64,000 nucleotides of DNA from Amoebidium appalachense (lineage: Eukaryota; Protista; Ichthyosporea), in the NCBI GenBank assembly GCA_963693365.1, contig CAVNZM010000008.1:1426001-1490000 (forward strand). Reading direction: 5' to 3'. The position numbers and the translations under genes are program-made. Position 1 is the stretch's first letter. Every line of letters starts with the position of its first letter. Positions 1 to 30,419 of the stretch are shown here, piece by piece. The notes under the pieces are model-generated. The model saw only the letters and a list, made by a program, of their open reading frames with translations. It was not told where the DNA came from and did no database searches.

Positions 1-347
1 TCTCTTTGTCTTCCCCCCCCCCCCCTCCCCCCCCCCCCCCCGCACCCATCTCTCTTTCCCCTATCCCCCCCCCCCTCCCCCCCTCCCTTCTCCCCACAAT
101 GACTCCCTTCCTCCCCCCTCCGCCCACCTCTAACCTTCTGTGGGCATGTGCACATTTGCACACGCCCATACCACACAACACAACAAAATGGAAGCAATGG
201 GTCAGCAACAGGTTGGTAGGATGATTCCAGACACACGAGGAGAACAAAGAAAAAGGACAAGTGGGCTAGGAACTTAACAGTAGGCAGGTTGACGCAAGCA
301 GGAGGCAACAACTAATCTGGCCAATAGATTAATCTCCCACGAGAGGG

Positions 348-431
<84 letters not shown>

Positions 432-778
432 CGGATGGCGTTTTCTTTTATTTTTTGGTGGTGGTGGTGGTGGGGGGGGGGGGGGGGGGGAGGGGCGGGG
501 ACTTAGATATGTGCAGTAGAAGGTATAAGACTAGGAAGCATATAGAAGAAAAGGACCGGAAAAACCACAAAACAGAAAACAAAACAAATGTGCAGGCATA
601 GGAAACCTGAACAGTGCCCACCATGTTTTCAAGATATGTCAAATCCTACACGGGGCAGGGTTGGTGGGGCTACGAATGTCGGTGGTGGTGGTGGTGGTTG
701 TGGTTGTGTGTGTGTGAGGAGAGGGCGGGCCGGGGGGTGTGTGTGTGTGAGGGGGGGGGGGGGGGGAAGGACACGTAC

Positions 779-5934
<5,156 letters not shown>

Positions 5935-6763
5935 GTTATCTTCTACTCGCTTTAGGCTCTTAACCAATACGCTATTGTAGCACTAGTAGACCAATAAATG
6001 GGTAGGTGTTTTGTGTCTGCAAGGCAGTACGTTGTGGAGGAAAACCATCGGCACATTTTTGAATCGGAAACGGTCGGTGACTCAGCGCGTGACTCACATG
6101 AGGCAAGCCTACGTAATATGAGCTTTGCGCGTTCTACAAATACATGATATTTCTTCAATACGAAAACTTAAAAACCAATAATAACCATATATAGTCTTCC
6201 TGCCACAGCAACAACCACTCAGCTTCAATATCCTAGTTTTGAAGTTCTTGCCGGCTCGACCCGTATCACATATTTCGGATCGATTGCGACATCGCCTGTG
6301 AGAAGTCAGGCAACAGCGGGAAAGGCCTTGCTTCATTCAGTCGCCATACTTAAGTTGGTCTCATGTTTACACAGTAGCATTTTTCATCTAGGGCAAATGG
6401 AGTGATTACTTACACATATTTGTGATAATAAATCTGTGTTTTAAGTTGTGTAGCTCATAAAGTAAGTTACTCTATGGGGATCTCTGCGAAGGAATTGGTC
6501 AGTTTTATGCATGCTCCCTCCCCTTGTCCAGTTAGTTCACTGCAAATCGGTTGGGTAAGGAGAGATTCTGTTAGGGTATACCCACGAAAGGTCTGTGAGC
6601 ATTGCTTTCTTCAGAGTAGAAGCCAGATATATATCTGCTTTCTAGGCCTTTTGGCTTCTTGACACTACGGATCTCGCCCAACGTCCTTGTATTTTTCTTT
6701 GGCCACAAAGATCCAGGTTTGTTCTCATCACACTTTCTTTCCGAGGCTTCCAGTATTATCATC
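5935..6763. promoter_or_regulatory. Probable shared divergent promoter region between CysRS and the PQ-loop gene
   Basis: The two start codons point away from each other about 830 bp apart; the interval is unique sequence without simple repeats. Confidence 0.45.
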
Positions 6764-7555
6764 ATGACTGAGGGATGTGAAGCGGGAGTGATAGAAAATG
6801 TCTTTGGCACGGCCGGCGGTGTCGTTTTGGCCTTGTGCCTGTTTCCACAAATCTACCAAAACCTGAAGACCAAGTCGACTAATGACATTTCGTATGGGTG
6901 GCTGGGCATGTACATCTTTGGCCTTGCTCTCACGCTTGTGTACTTGATCATGATAAGCGCACTTGTGGGATGGATTGGGCTTCTGGTCGAAATGGCCCTA
7001 GCTCTCTTTACGCTCTATCTGAAGGTATACTACGAAAACTTCTACAAGGGTATAAAGCCCGCCGATGAAGAAACAGGTGACCAAGTTATCCCCTGCGCAA
7101 ACTCGCCGGACAAGAGCGAAAAAGCGCCCACTTTCGCGAAAGGGGATATCGAAGGCGCGGTGAACAACGCCTCAAAGCAAGCAGTATCCCTCTCGGTTAT
7201 TTATAGGAATGAAAAAGTTGTTTCTGTTGGGTTGCCAGAAGACTTCTACACATCCGCGAAACCTGTCCTCGAAACGGCCAAGTCGCTTGTCAGCAGTTGC
7301 TTGGGGGTTGATGGCAAAGCACCCGTGTTGGCTACCACCTTGTTCTCTGTCGAAGACCCAAAAATGCAGCAGGGGCTTGCTCTCGTTCACACATATAACG
7401 GCACATGTGTTACAGAGCTCAGTTGGGACACACAGAATGTGCGCATATCGCTGACGGGGAAACTGTGCAATGACTCGATCTTGTTGGACCGTTTGGTGGC
7501 TGAATTCGAAAAGGCCTTCCCTGAATACCGCTATAGTCATTCCAGCACTTGTTGA
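6764..7555 (+). CDS. Intronless PQ-loop (SemiSWEET/MtN3-like 3-TM) membrane protein with an additional C-terminal alpha/beta domain, 263 aa
   Basis: ATG at 6764, in frame with ORF 6659-7555. GTAGGVVLALCLFPQIYQNLKTKSTNDISYGWLGMYIFGLALTLVYLI is a typical PQ-loop with three hydrophobic helices; normal coding composition. Confidence 0.85.
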   Translation: MTEGCEAGVIENVFGTAGGVVLALCLFPQIYQNLKTKSTNDISYGWLGMYIFGLALTLVYLIMISALVGWIGLLVEMALALFTLYLKVYYENFYKGIKPADEETGDQVIPCANSPDKSEKAPTFAKGDIEGAVNNASKQAVSLSVIYRNEKVVSVGLPEDFYTSAKPVLETAKSLVSSCLGVDGKAPVLATTLFSVEDPKMQQGLALVHTYNGTCVTELSWDTQNVRISLTGKLCNDSILLDRLVAEFEKAFPEYRYSHSSTC

Positions 7556-8295
7556 TGCATTTATGCCATATTCCTACATTTTTTATTGTTTTATAAAACT
7601 GTGGTACCCCAAGGCTTACCGTATTTGTGAATGAATAATGGTAGTTAGGTCACGCTGTGATTGATAAACATGAGTGAGGTCGTGTCGTTTCTTTAGAAGG
7701 ACGGTTTGTATATTAGTTTTGAAACAGCATCGAAGTTTTTAGCCGTTGAGGGTTTGATATATTACTTCGAAACGTTTGCCTAATAGCTAGTTCGCACCTA
7801 TTTTAGCTACTCAGTTATGGACACTTGATTTCAACTTGATGATGGTCTGCTTGATTATTTGTAGGAATGAAGATTTCTGCCTTCTGTGAAGCCATGCACT
7901 TTCGATTGTTTTGATATTCTGCTTGAATTGTGTATAGTTCAAACATGCCATATGGGTGCAGTACATACTAGTTGCCTCGTGCCCTTGAAATGTTGTAGGT
8001 AGTTTAACATAGCGTTTGCAGTCAGGCACGGGCTGTTATATTTCAGACAGTACCGGTCACAGCCAAACTCAAACTTTCACCCGGGCTGGTAAGTAGTACC
8101 GAATCACGTTGCATGTGTTTTAGTAAGTATAGAATTAATGATGTTAGTAAAACCTCACCATATTAGTGCGAGGGACTGCCGGAATATGGGTGGGTCAAAA
8201 AAGAAATCTTATATGTTAAACCCATATTTCAATTGAGACTAAGATCTCTGCCGAGACGGGAACTAAATAGTGGTACATAAGAAGCCTTATGTATT

Positions 8296-10417
8296 TTGAT
8301 AATTCGCACAGATCTATTCGGACACTTTTGTCCTAATTAACCTTTTTTTTAGACGATCGCGCTATTTCTAGCGCAGTTGCATAGTAACCAGGCCTCAAAA
8401 AGGTGAAAAACGTGAAATTCACGTCATTTCGACATAGTAACATATATAACATGTAGGGTCTCCGACGCCATCTCTTGGGCGCATTTGGTCATCGAAGTTG
8501 GCGACCTTCTAAGAAAACACGTGGTTTTTCCGCTAAATTTTAATTTATACTAAAATAACTTTCGTTGTGTGTTTCTGGAGCGGCTAAGACCACTATGTGC
8601 TGCTAGCTAGAGATATAGGCTAACGCATGCAAAAAACCCGACCACCTAATCTTAATTCTGAGGCAACCTACCTAAGGTCCAACTTAGGGCACCTTTATCG
8701 AGAAAACCTAAGCCACACTGTCCCTGTTACCACCCGTTCTACTTCTAAGACAATGTTTACGACTTTTCTTCAATTTTCTGGCTAGTTAAAGAGGAAAGTA
8801 AGTACAAAAGGTTTTAAACGTGGTTCTTCTTTACACTTGTTGCTACTAGTTCCAGTCCCTTCTATTATAGAAAGACAAAATAAAGGAAGCTTATACCCCA
8901 CGAAAGGTATGCTCGAGATCACAAACCCAAAGCAGTCTGCAAAGTCTGCAACTTTACATCCCCCCCCCCCCCCCCCCCCCCACACCTCCTCTCTCTCTCA
9001 CACCTACTGCTCCTGCTCTTTGGTTCTGCGGTGGCGTACAGGCACCCCCTTTTCCAGGTGCTGCTCGTAGCAGTTGCGATCTGAATTTTTGTAGCACAAT
9101 GCCACACCGCACCTGCTGCACATCCAGCTCACCCTGCTGCGCTTGTATCCCTTTTGATCCGTGCGCGCGCGCGCACATAACACAGTCGAGCCGCTTGCCG
9201 GAACCGATAAGCACCGGGTGACAGAGGTTGCTTCGTTTGGCGGTTGTGGTGTTTGTTGACAGCGATTTTAGTATGCGCGCGCTTTGTTTGCTGGCTTGCA
9301 GAAGTGGGTTGTTGAGAAGTTCACCCGCAAGTTTTTCGCGCCACTGCTCGTTTGAAAGTGCATTCTTGTCCCCGTCTGCAATGAGATGCTTGTAGGCCAG
9401 GTAGGTGTTTACAAACACCATACCAACTAACCCAGCAAAGGTGCGGTGCCAGGGTGTGTGGGGGACCCATGCCTGCTCGAGTGAACTGTTCTTTTGCCGG
9501 AGTTTGTTGTGTACGTCTGCACTGTTGAAATATGTGAAGAATTCGCGCACTGCTTTTGGCATGGGCACTTGTGTTCCGTTTTTTGTGATACGGGGAGCTC
9601 CTGCTTCCGTACTTCCTGCCGTCGTTACTACACGCATGCTGAAATCCTTATCCTGCCAACGTATGGGGGGGATGGGAGAGGGAGAGGGCGAGCCCCCGTC
9701 CCCCCTCCCCCCCCTCCCCTCAATAAAAAGGATATATACGCCTTCGCACATCCCACAACTAGCTGAATCTCGCTCCGTGGTACTTCTTCTACTTTCCCGT
9801 CGTAGTCTATGTGTACCAACCATTTATTGTTCTTTAATACTTGCAGCAGTTGTGCCTGTGAGCTGTTTCGTTTCCCATTCTTCACCAAACTGCTCTTCTT
9901 CACCAAACTTCACCAAACTGCTCACCAAACCGCTTCACCAAACTGCTCTTTACTCCAACGTTCAACGTTCATCCTGACTTTACCATCAAAGATGCGTGGA
10001 AAAACCCAAACTCTCGGGTCTTTCCTTAAACGCCTAACCATTTTCTTTTCTTTTCACCTATTTCTACTCTAATTCTACCTTGTTCTTTTTGTTTTCTAGC
10101 GCGCAAACTATCATGCGGTGTCTTTTAGTTCGGAAACCAAACGGTGTCCGTGATCGGAGAGTCGGACACCCCAAAACTGGGGGAAAACGGTTGCACCCAT
10201 GATCTTTTGCGCGCCAAAAGCTACTCACCCTGCAGTCCTATTGGTTTCCTATAAAGACAAAAAAGGCAGGAAAATACTAGACCTCATTGGCCATACCCAG
10301 CTTGTGGGGTGTTTCCTAGCGAAAACAACGCTAGCGACGCCGCCGAAAAAGATAGGACACTTTTGTCCTTTTTAGCCATTAATTAGGACAGATTTGTCCG
10401 GTTATGCGGATTATCAA
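8296..10417 (-). mobile_element. Internally deleted piggyBac-like DNA transposon with imperfect terminal inverted repeats
   Basis: Left end ttgataattcgca...cggacacttttgtcctaattaa is the inverted match of right end ttaattaggacagatttgtccgg...tgcggattatcaa; the ends enclose a transposase remnant. Confidence 0.72.
9005..9990 (-). pseudogene. piggyBac-type (DDE_Tnp_1_7-like) transposase remnant
   Basis: WQDKDFSMRVVTT, PKAVREFFTYFNSADVHNKLRQ, WHRTFAGLVGMVFVNTYLAY, WREKLAGELL and a C-terminal CxxC...CxxC..LC...CYEQH zinc ribbon split by a frameshift at a (GC)n run near 9165. The N-terminal fragment is frameshifted and most of the catalytic core is missing. Confidence 0.8.
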
Positions 10418-10582
10418 TTTGGTCAAAAGAGAAGAGGATGAGGCCAAGAGTAACTGACACGTCACTGAGTCTCACTGGGCGGCTTGCCAATCGTAGAGGG
10501 TTTGGGCCATGAGTGAGCGTGGGGGGGGGGGGGGGGGGGGGGGGGGAGGGGGTGTGGTACCGGTGGTGGCTGGGGGGGAGAA

Positions 10583-10618
<36 letters not shown>

Positions 10619-10729
10619 AATTACTAAGGCACTATTTTTGAATGTGAAAAAAGCGGCATATGTATCCGGTGTCGCGTGATCTTGAAGCTTTGTCACTGTG
10701 CTTGCCACACTCAGGGTGAGAGAGAAGGT

Positions 10730-10763
<34 letters not shown>

Positions 10764-11223
10764 GGGGGGCAAAATAAGTTAATGAACCCCACGGCCGAGA
10801 AAGCAAGTCAAACGCAGACAAGATATACCACATCCCCCCCCCCTTCCCCCCCCCCCCCCCCCCCCCGGCCCACACACACACACACACACACACACGTATG
10901 TACGTACACACACACACACACACAAACAAACACACACACACAGGCGCACACACACACACAGACTTACACGCACACACACGCACACACATGTGCACACACA
11001 CACAGACATATTCACGCACACACACACGCATAATATGCATATTAATATTAGTCGCCTACATGCACAGACTGTCAGCAACCACACACGCGCACACACACAC
11101 ACACGCACCCATACGGGCACACCCAAACACCCACACCCACACGCCACATGTACGCACACACGTGCACGTGCAAATACACACACACGCATGTACGCGTGCA
11201 CACACGCACACACGTGCGCCACA

Positions 11224-11295
<72 letters not shown>

Positions 11296-11319
11296 TGCAC
11301 GCACGCACGCACACACGCG

Positions 11320-11372
<53 letters not shown>

Positions 11373-11786
11373 ATTCCCGGCCGAGGCTGAAAGCCGAAGA
11401 CGGGTTGTGGGAAGGGTGTGGGGAGGGTGGGCTGTTTTTGAGATCCGATCAATAAAAAAGGTTCTGACTATTGAGGAGGCAGAACACGTTACCAATCCGA
11501 GGCGAACGCTTGATGAGGCAGTACACATTATGCAATCAGGATGCGCATTTATCAATCTGGTTTTAGAGGCGCACAGCCCATGCCGATCACCGATCCACAG
11601 CTAAGCACACGTGACAGAACTCCAGAGAAGCCAACATACGCGCCTTAGTGATATTTGCAAGCCAAGACACGCGCCGTGGACGCGGAAACCAGAAACCAAT
11701 GGCCACGTGATAGATGAAGCCAACTTGCGCCTGTACACAGCGCTAGCTTGTGTGACAGTGACGTTAGCATGTACATATTTCGGATC

Positions 11787-12130
11787 GGGTTCTCGATCAG
11801 AGCCGAATCCTTAACGATTCCGATTTAAATCCGATTCCTAGGCCGATTCCGATCCGATTCCCTATTCCGATCCGAATCGGAAGCGATTTTCGCCCCAGAT
11901 GACTCAGTGACGTCACACTATGGGCATGCCAAGAAGATGCCAAGGCGGGTCGAGCAGAGCGGCGAGCGCCGGGGCGAGCGCAGCGAGCCCCGGCAGCGAG
12001 CGTGTTAACGTCAATAAAGCCTGGGGTGGGGGAAAGTGACCGATACAGCGCGATAAAAAAGTAGTTCGAATTCTACCCGATTCCGATCCGATTCGGAATT
12101 GGTTCCGATTCGGTTCCGTTCAGAGAGCCT
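11787..12130. repeat. CCGATT/AATCGG-rich MITE-like element
   Basis: Clusters of ccgattcc/ccgatcc motifs at 11803-11880 and 12077-12118 flank a GC-rich core; weak inverted termini (ggttctcgatcagagccgaatc / gattcggttccgttcagagagcc). Confidence 0.4.
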
Positions 12131-12723
12131 CGGTCCGGGCCCACGCGGAGACCGACATGTCGACGCAATTCATCTCATTATCACTCAGGGCCAATAGATA
12201 TCGTACTGGTCATACCTTTCGGAAATCCGGCGTGGGGAAACGCGGCCCGCAGCCTGCAGGCCGGGGGCCCGCCGGCCCGACCGCCGGGGCCCGTGACACC
12301 GTTTTAGAAATCCAATGACAATTGTGTGTTATTAGCCATATATGATGCGAAAAGATTAAGAAAGTTCCAGTGTACCAATCATTCTTCGAGATTATTCGTG
12401 AATTGTGATGAATGTGGCTCAGAGCCTCTTGCCCATCCGAATGATGAGCTCGTTGAATTCGCAAGGACTCTTGAAGCACAGTTAGCATAAACTGTCTTTT
12501 CTCCCTTATATAATTTTGGACACCTCGAGAGCAATTTTTTACACCTTTTCCCGTTTTCTTTTCTTACCTATCCTCCTGGTTCACGAATTCTAAAAGTTGC
12601 GGAATTTTGGAAGCCGCGTTCCACCGAATTCCAGGAAGAGCAAAGGCTGCGATTCATTGGTGATTTATCATGGGTTGAAAGGGCTGCTCGGACCAGCAAA
12701 TTCTAGCGCCAAGGAGCAGGGGG

Positions 12724-12760
12724 TATAAAAATGAGGCTACGCGCTCTCTCTCCTCATTCA
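12724..12760 (+). promoter_or_regulatory. TATA box plus initiator upstream of the microprotein ORF
   Basis: TATAAAAA at 12724 with an Inr-like CTCATTC (A at 12756) 32 nt downstream. Confidence 0.6.
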
Positions 12761-12826
12761 AAGGTGCACATCGAAAGCAATAACAAAACGTTTTTCTCTC
12801 CCTCTTCTAACTTAGCAAACGCAACC

Positions 12827-12994
12827 ATGTTCGCTCGCCCCGCTGCCAACTCCGCCCGCTCCGCCGCGGTCCGTGCTCCCCGCACTGCTGCCGCCGAGAC
12901 ACGCGCAGCCCAGGCCACTGCTACTGCTGCCGCCCCCGTTGTGCTGAACATGGCAAACCAGAGGGACGTCCTCATGTATGTCTGGAGCCCGTAA
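12827..12994 (+). CDS. 55-aa Ala/Arg-rich microprotein of unknown function
   Basis: GCAACCATG Kozak context, strong C/T-ending codon bias (gcc, gct, cgc, ccc), upstream TATA/Inr and downstream AATAAA signals. MFARPAANSARSAAVRAPRTAAAETRAAQATATAAAPVVLNMANQRDVLMYVWSP. Confidence 0.62.
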   Translation: MFARPAANSARSAAVRAPRTAAAETRAAQATATAAAPVVLNMANQRDVLMYVWSP

Positions 12995-13278
12995 CTGCAC
13001 CAAAGTCAGCACAAAAACGAAAAACGGCAGCCAGGAATGATGACATGACGACATGTGAATGAAAAAGTTCATGCGAGTATGCAACATATAAACAGCACCG
13101 ACGAAAAGAGCAACACTGATAATGTGGAGTTTTCTTTTGGCGTATGAACTCTTGATTTTATCGAATGATATATTAGACACACGCTATGTATGCTCGAAAA
13201 GCATAATTTGAGGCCCTTGAAATAATGTATGCGACCTCTTAAAAGTCGTATTACCGTAAAAGTTTGGTTGTAGCCGTC

Positions 13279-13505
13279 GTAGTATTGCGGTGCATTAACC
13301 TGGTCTGCAGTTGTATGTCCTGCTCAAGCAAATAAAAGATAATTGATTATCAACACCCTGCCGGTGCCCATGTCGTTGCTTCTCTATTAAAGCGTAGCAT
13401 TGCTGTACATTAACCTGGTCTGCAGTTGTATGTCCTGCTCAAGCAAATAAAAGATAATTGATTATCAACACCTCGCCGATGTGCATGTCGACGTTGCTTC
13501 TCTAA
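13279..13505 (+). repeat. Tandem duplication of about 115 bp, each copy containing an AATAAA signal
   Basis: cattaacctggtctgcagttgtatgtcctgctcaagcaaataaaagataattgattatcaacacc is present at 13293 and 13408. Confidence 0.85.
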
Positions 13506-14297
13506 GCTTCTCTGCTGGACAAGATTCAGATTGGGCTCTAATCGCCCAAAATTTAAAAGTCTCACATGTGTGTTGTGCTTGTGCGTGTTGGTGTACATGT
13601 GTGTGTGCATGCGCGCACGCTCGCGTGTTGACAATGTGTAAGCAAGCACGAATCGTGTGTGCGCACACTGCGTGTGTGAATGTGTGTGCGTGAATCATTG
13701 TGCTTGCTTTAACGTGGTACTACATGAATGTGTGTGTGTGTGTCGTGTGGTGTACCATAAGTTATTTGTGCGTGTTTTTCAAAAGCGCTTGCTTGTCGTG
13801 GGTGTTGTTCACAGTGGAAACATTGGCAGAATTTAGGTGAAGAAGATGCTTGAAGAGTGGAGGTGTGGGTGGCCTTTGGTGGGCGGGGAGCAATTGCAAA
13901 GGAAAACGGGCAACTAAAAGAATCATTTTACTGAGATATATGATGCACAGGGTTTCCAAAAAGACTCTTTTCACCCAAGTCAAAGGGTCCAATGTTCGTT
14001 CTATAGATAGTATGTACAAGCCCATTGATCTCACTTGCTTTTGTAAAACCGCAAGCTTGCTTTGCTCTTGCAAAAGCAGAGACAAGAGTGCGCGATGGTA
14101 TATACATAACACACAGAGACAGTAAAAATCATACTTGTGTGTCTACAAGGCCATAAGGCAGAATCCAACACATATCTACACATGGGGGGGAAATGCTATA
14201 CATACAACAAGCAAACAACCTTGGACTCCTTCATAAGCTCAAAATATGTGTCATAATATGCCAACCACGTGGCAAATTCACGTGTGCACCTCCCTTC

Positions 14298-26967
<12,670 letters not shown>

Positions 26968-27370
26968 GTTTGCTGTTGGGCTGGTTGTGGGTGTGTAGTG
27001 ATTGCAGTGATGTGGCGTGGGGTTAGTATTTGTGGTCTAACTTAGTGACTAAATTCCATGTCCGTGTCATGCACTCCCCAATTTGTATGTGAAGGCGAGG
27101 ATGGTTAAGGGATCCGCCCAACAGGGCCACCCACAAGAGGAAGCAAAAGGAGAAGGAATATTTGATTCGGGCCAAGTGAGATTTAGAGACTCTGGGCATT
27201 GGAAAGAACGAGATTTTGTACTCAGATTCTCTGATTTCAAAGAGCGCCTATCATATCTCGCATCCCCTTTAGGGATGCATCTAACCCAGAGAGCCCTATC
27301 CATCGCTCAAAGGAGACGCGATCTTTGGCTTGTACATGTGTGTGTGTGTGTGTGTTTGGGGGAGCGGGGG

Positions 27371-27437
<67 letters not shown>

Positions 27438-27565
27438 ACGGCAGGTCTTTTTTCCGGAAGACAAGGTGGGCTGCAAAGTGCACACATTGACAGTCCCATA
27501 GCCACAGAACATCACAAATGTCACAATAAAGTGTTTAGGCGTGACACCGTGTGTGTACTGTGTGT

Positions 27566-27640
<75 letters not shown>

Positions 27641-28132
27641 ATTAAAAACAGTTGTATGGGGACAGCCAGGAAGGGAAGGGAACGGCAGGGTGTGTGTGGA
27701 AGGGGTGGAGGGGAGGGCGGGGGGGGGGGGGGGGGGGGGGGAGGGGAAAGGGGGGGTGCAAGCCGACCTGTGCTTGTCGCACAAAGCCTATAAATTTCTC
27801 AGCGAAGCTTCAGGATGGTTTTATTTGGCTTTCGTCCAATCTTTTATTCTTGACAGCCCCTGGCACACATGCGCCTAAAACTTAGATGGCATCCGTCAGG
27901 GTACATATCGTGCATAGCCTGTCAGCACCTCCTTCCCTGGTACTCGTGTGAACGTGGGCAACAACTGAAACACAACACTGATTTGTTTTTTTTCTGACTG
28001 GCTAGCGGCCCGCGTGACAGATTATACAATCGATTACGTCATTTAAGGACTACGCATTGGTAGACTGAAAGATTTTTGACCGCCGCTGGTGGCCTGGGCA
28101 GGCTGTGAAATTACTGTTTTGACCAGGGGCAT

Positions 28133-28223
28133 TTCGGGCCTACGGCCCGAAGCCCGATGACCCTAACCGTGCCACACGCCACGGGGGGTATATTTTTACC
28201 CCCCGACGGGGGGGTATATTTTT

Positions 28224-28230
<7 letters not shown>
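28133..28230. repeat. Short palindromes: one hairpin and a duplicated GGGGGGTATATTTTTACCCCCC unit
   Basis: ttcgggcctacggcccgaa, followed by two tandem copies of cggggggtatatttttacccccc. Confidence 0.6.
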
Positions 28231-28265
<35 letters not shown>

Positions 28266-28498
28266 CGGTGTACGTGTGTACGTCGTATACTTAAGTACGT
28301 GTGTGTCTACTGCCAATGTGTGTGCGTGTGTGTGCGTACGCGTACGTGTGCACTGTGGTACACATGTGAGTGTGTGTGCACTGCAGTGTGTGCAACGGTG
28401 CCTGTGTGTGTGCCTTTGGTATAGCTCTGGCGTGTCTCATGTGTGTGTATGTACATGTGCCTGTGTGTGCCGTGTAACACCAGTCTCTGCACGGACAT

Positions 28499-28553
<55 letters not shown>

Positions 28554-28980
28554 ATGTGTGTGTGTGCAGTATGTGTACGTGTGTGTACTGATGATGTGTG
28601 TGTGATGCATGTGTGTGTGTGAGTACACTCAGTACAATGGCATGCGCTTGAATCTGACATTGCTATAGATAGTTTCTCAAAGAACGGTTTGCCTTGCACC
28701 CTGATTTATAAATATGTACATGCCACTACAGTGGCCATCATTCACCACCCGGACTCGCGGCATGATCCTAGGGGATGCTAGTAGGGCACCAGGCCACTAG
28801 TAAGATCTACTTAATCGTGACTAGACTAAACTCTGAGGCATCCAACGCTGCCCATACACTAGGCTAAGTCACACTACCCACTAATCTATTATAGCCAAGC
28901 TCTTTATCGAGCTTGCACACTATTATAATTCGCAATTTTTTTGTTAAAAAAAAAAAGAAAAAGAAAAAAAGAAAAAAAAA

Positions 28981-29009
28981 ATTATAAACACACACACACA
29001 TACCACAAA

Positions 29010-29042
<33 letters not shown>

Positions 29043-29150
29043 ACACACACACACACATACACACACACCGATGGCACTAAAAAGCACAAATAGAGCCCAA
29101 AAGAAAAAGGAAAAAAAACTATAGACACACACACACACACCACAAACACA

Positions 29151-29194
<44 letters not shown>

Positions 29195-29244
29195 GGTGGC
29201 ACTAAAAAGCACAAAAAGAGAAATTTATAGACACACACTCACCA

Positions 29245-29335
<91 letters not shown>

Positions 29336-29370
29336 CGATGGCACTTACAAGCATAAATAGAGCCGAAAAA
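28981..29370. repeat. Compound tandem repeat: three units of (CA)n plus gatggcactaaaaagcacaaatagag
   Basis: The unique core recurs near 29069, 29194 and 29337, separated by variable CA arrays. Confidence 0.7.
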
Positions 29371-30292
29371 CTCAACAATGTCATAAGCCAATAACTACGT
29401 TTTCAATGCAGCTCCCACCCACTAGATGCCTACCACAAGGCATCAGTTACATGTGTACCTCCCACCTACCGTAGCACATGCCAACCACAACTGCACTTAG
29501 ATGTAGGGCCTGAAGATAGACGGTCAGAAAAAGGACGAAACTGTGCTGGGGACGGGGTATGTTCCCTATCACACGGAACCACTTAACAATTGAAGTCACC
29601 GACAAAGTCGACCTTTGTAATGCTATCTCGTACTAATTGACACATATGAAATGCATACACCAATCAGATGCGACTAAATCCGCTGCAATTTGCTGTGTGT
29701 CACGAAGCGACATGCGGCAACTTTTGCGCAGCGCAAAGCCGGTGAACGGCCTGCCGTTGTATAAGGGTCTTTTTCTTTTTTTTTTTTTTTTTTAATTACC
29801 TTGTTCCATCACGGTTTTCTGACGACCCCTCTCGAACAACATCGGTCTTGCACATTCACACCCTGAGGTATGATCTGTTAAAACATACAATAGAAACAAG
29901 GGAACATGTGATGCTAATCAAGAATGGAGAGCCCGACCGGCCGATCAGCCCAGGAGCATGAGGCTAACGCTGTTTGTGCAAGGTGGCTTCAGATAGAAAC
30001 CACACTCAGAGTTCTGCCCGAAACCTATTAGGTTGCCAAGGGCATATGTACAAGCGTGATGCATGATAGATGGGTTATGTTTATTCGTTAGCACTCAAAC
30101 AGTTGGGACCCTTCGCGTCCACACATCCACTCGAAAGCTCTATGTCGGTACCGCAACTCTCACACTCTCACACACGCACAAATATGCATGCACTCGCGTA
30201 TACACTGTGTGACGTGAACACATAAACAGCACGCACACAGACACACGTTCAGCTGTGTACGTGTGTTTGTGTTTGTGAGTGAGTGAGTCACG

Positions 30293-30325
<33 letters not shown>

Positions 30326-30352
30326 TATGTGTGTGTCACGGTGTACTGTGTG

Positions 30353-30419
<67 letters not shown>

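Noticed and set aside
9405-9977. 190-aa plus-strand ORF
   Set aside because: Antisense shadow of the transposase remnant.
12965-12980. DVLMY resembling the PqqA ExxxY motif
   Set aside because: Asp instead of Glu, no pqq or other RiPP maturation genes nearby, eukaryotic context.
27067-27303. 78-aa ORF upstream of the TolB-like gene
   Set aside because: No recognisable motif; the signal-peptide ATG at 26967 already accounts for the protein start, so this is probably UTR or promoter.
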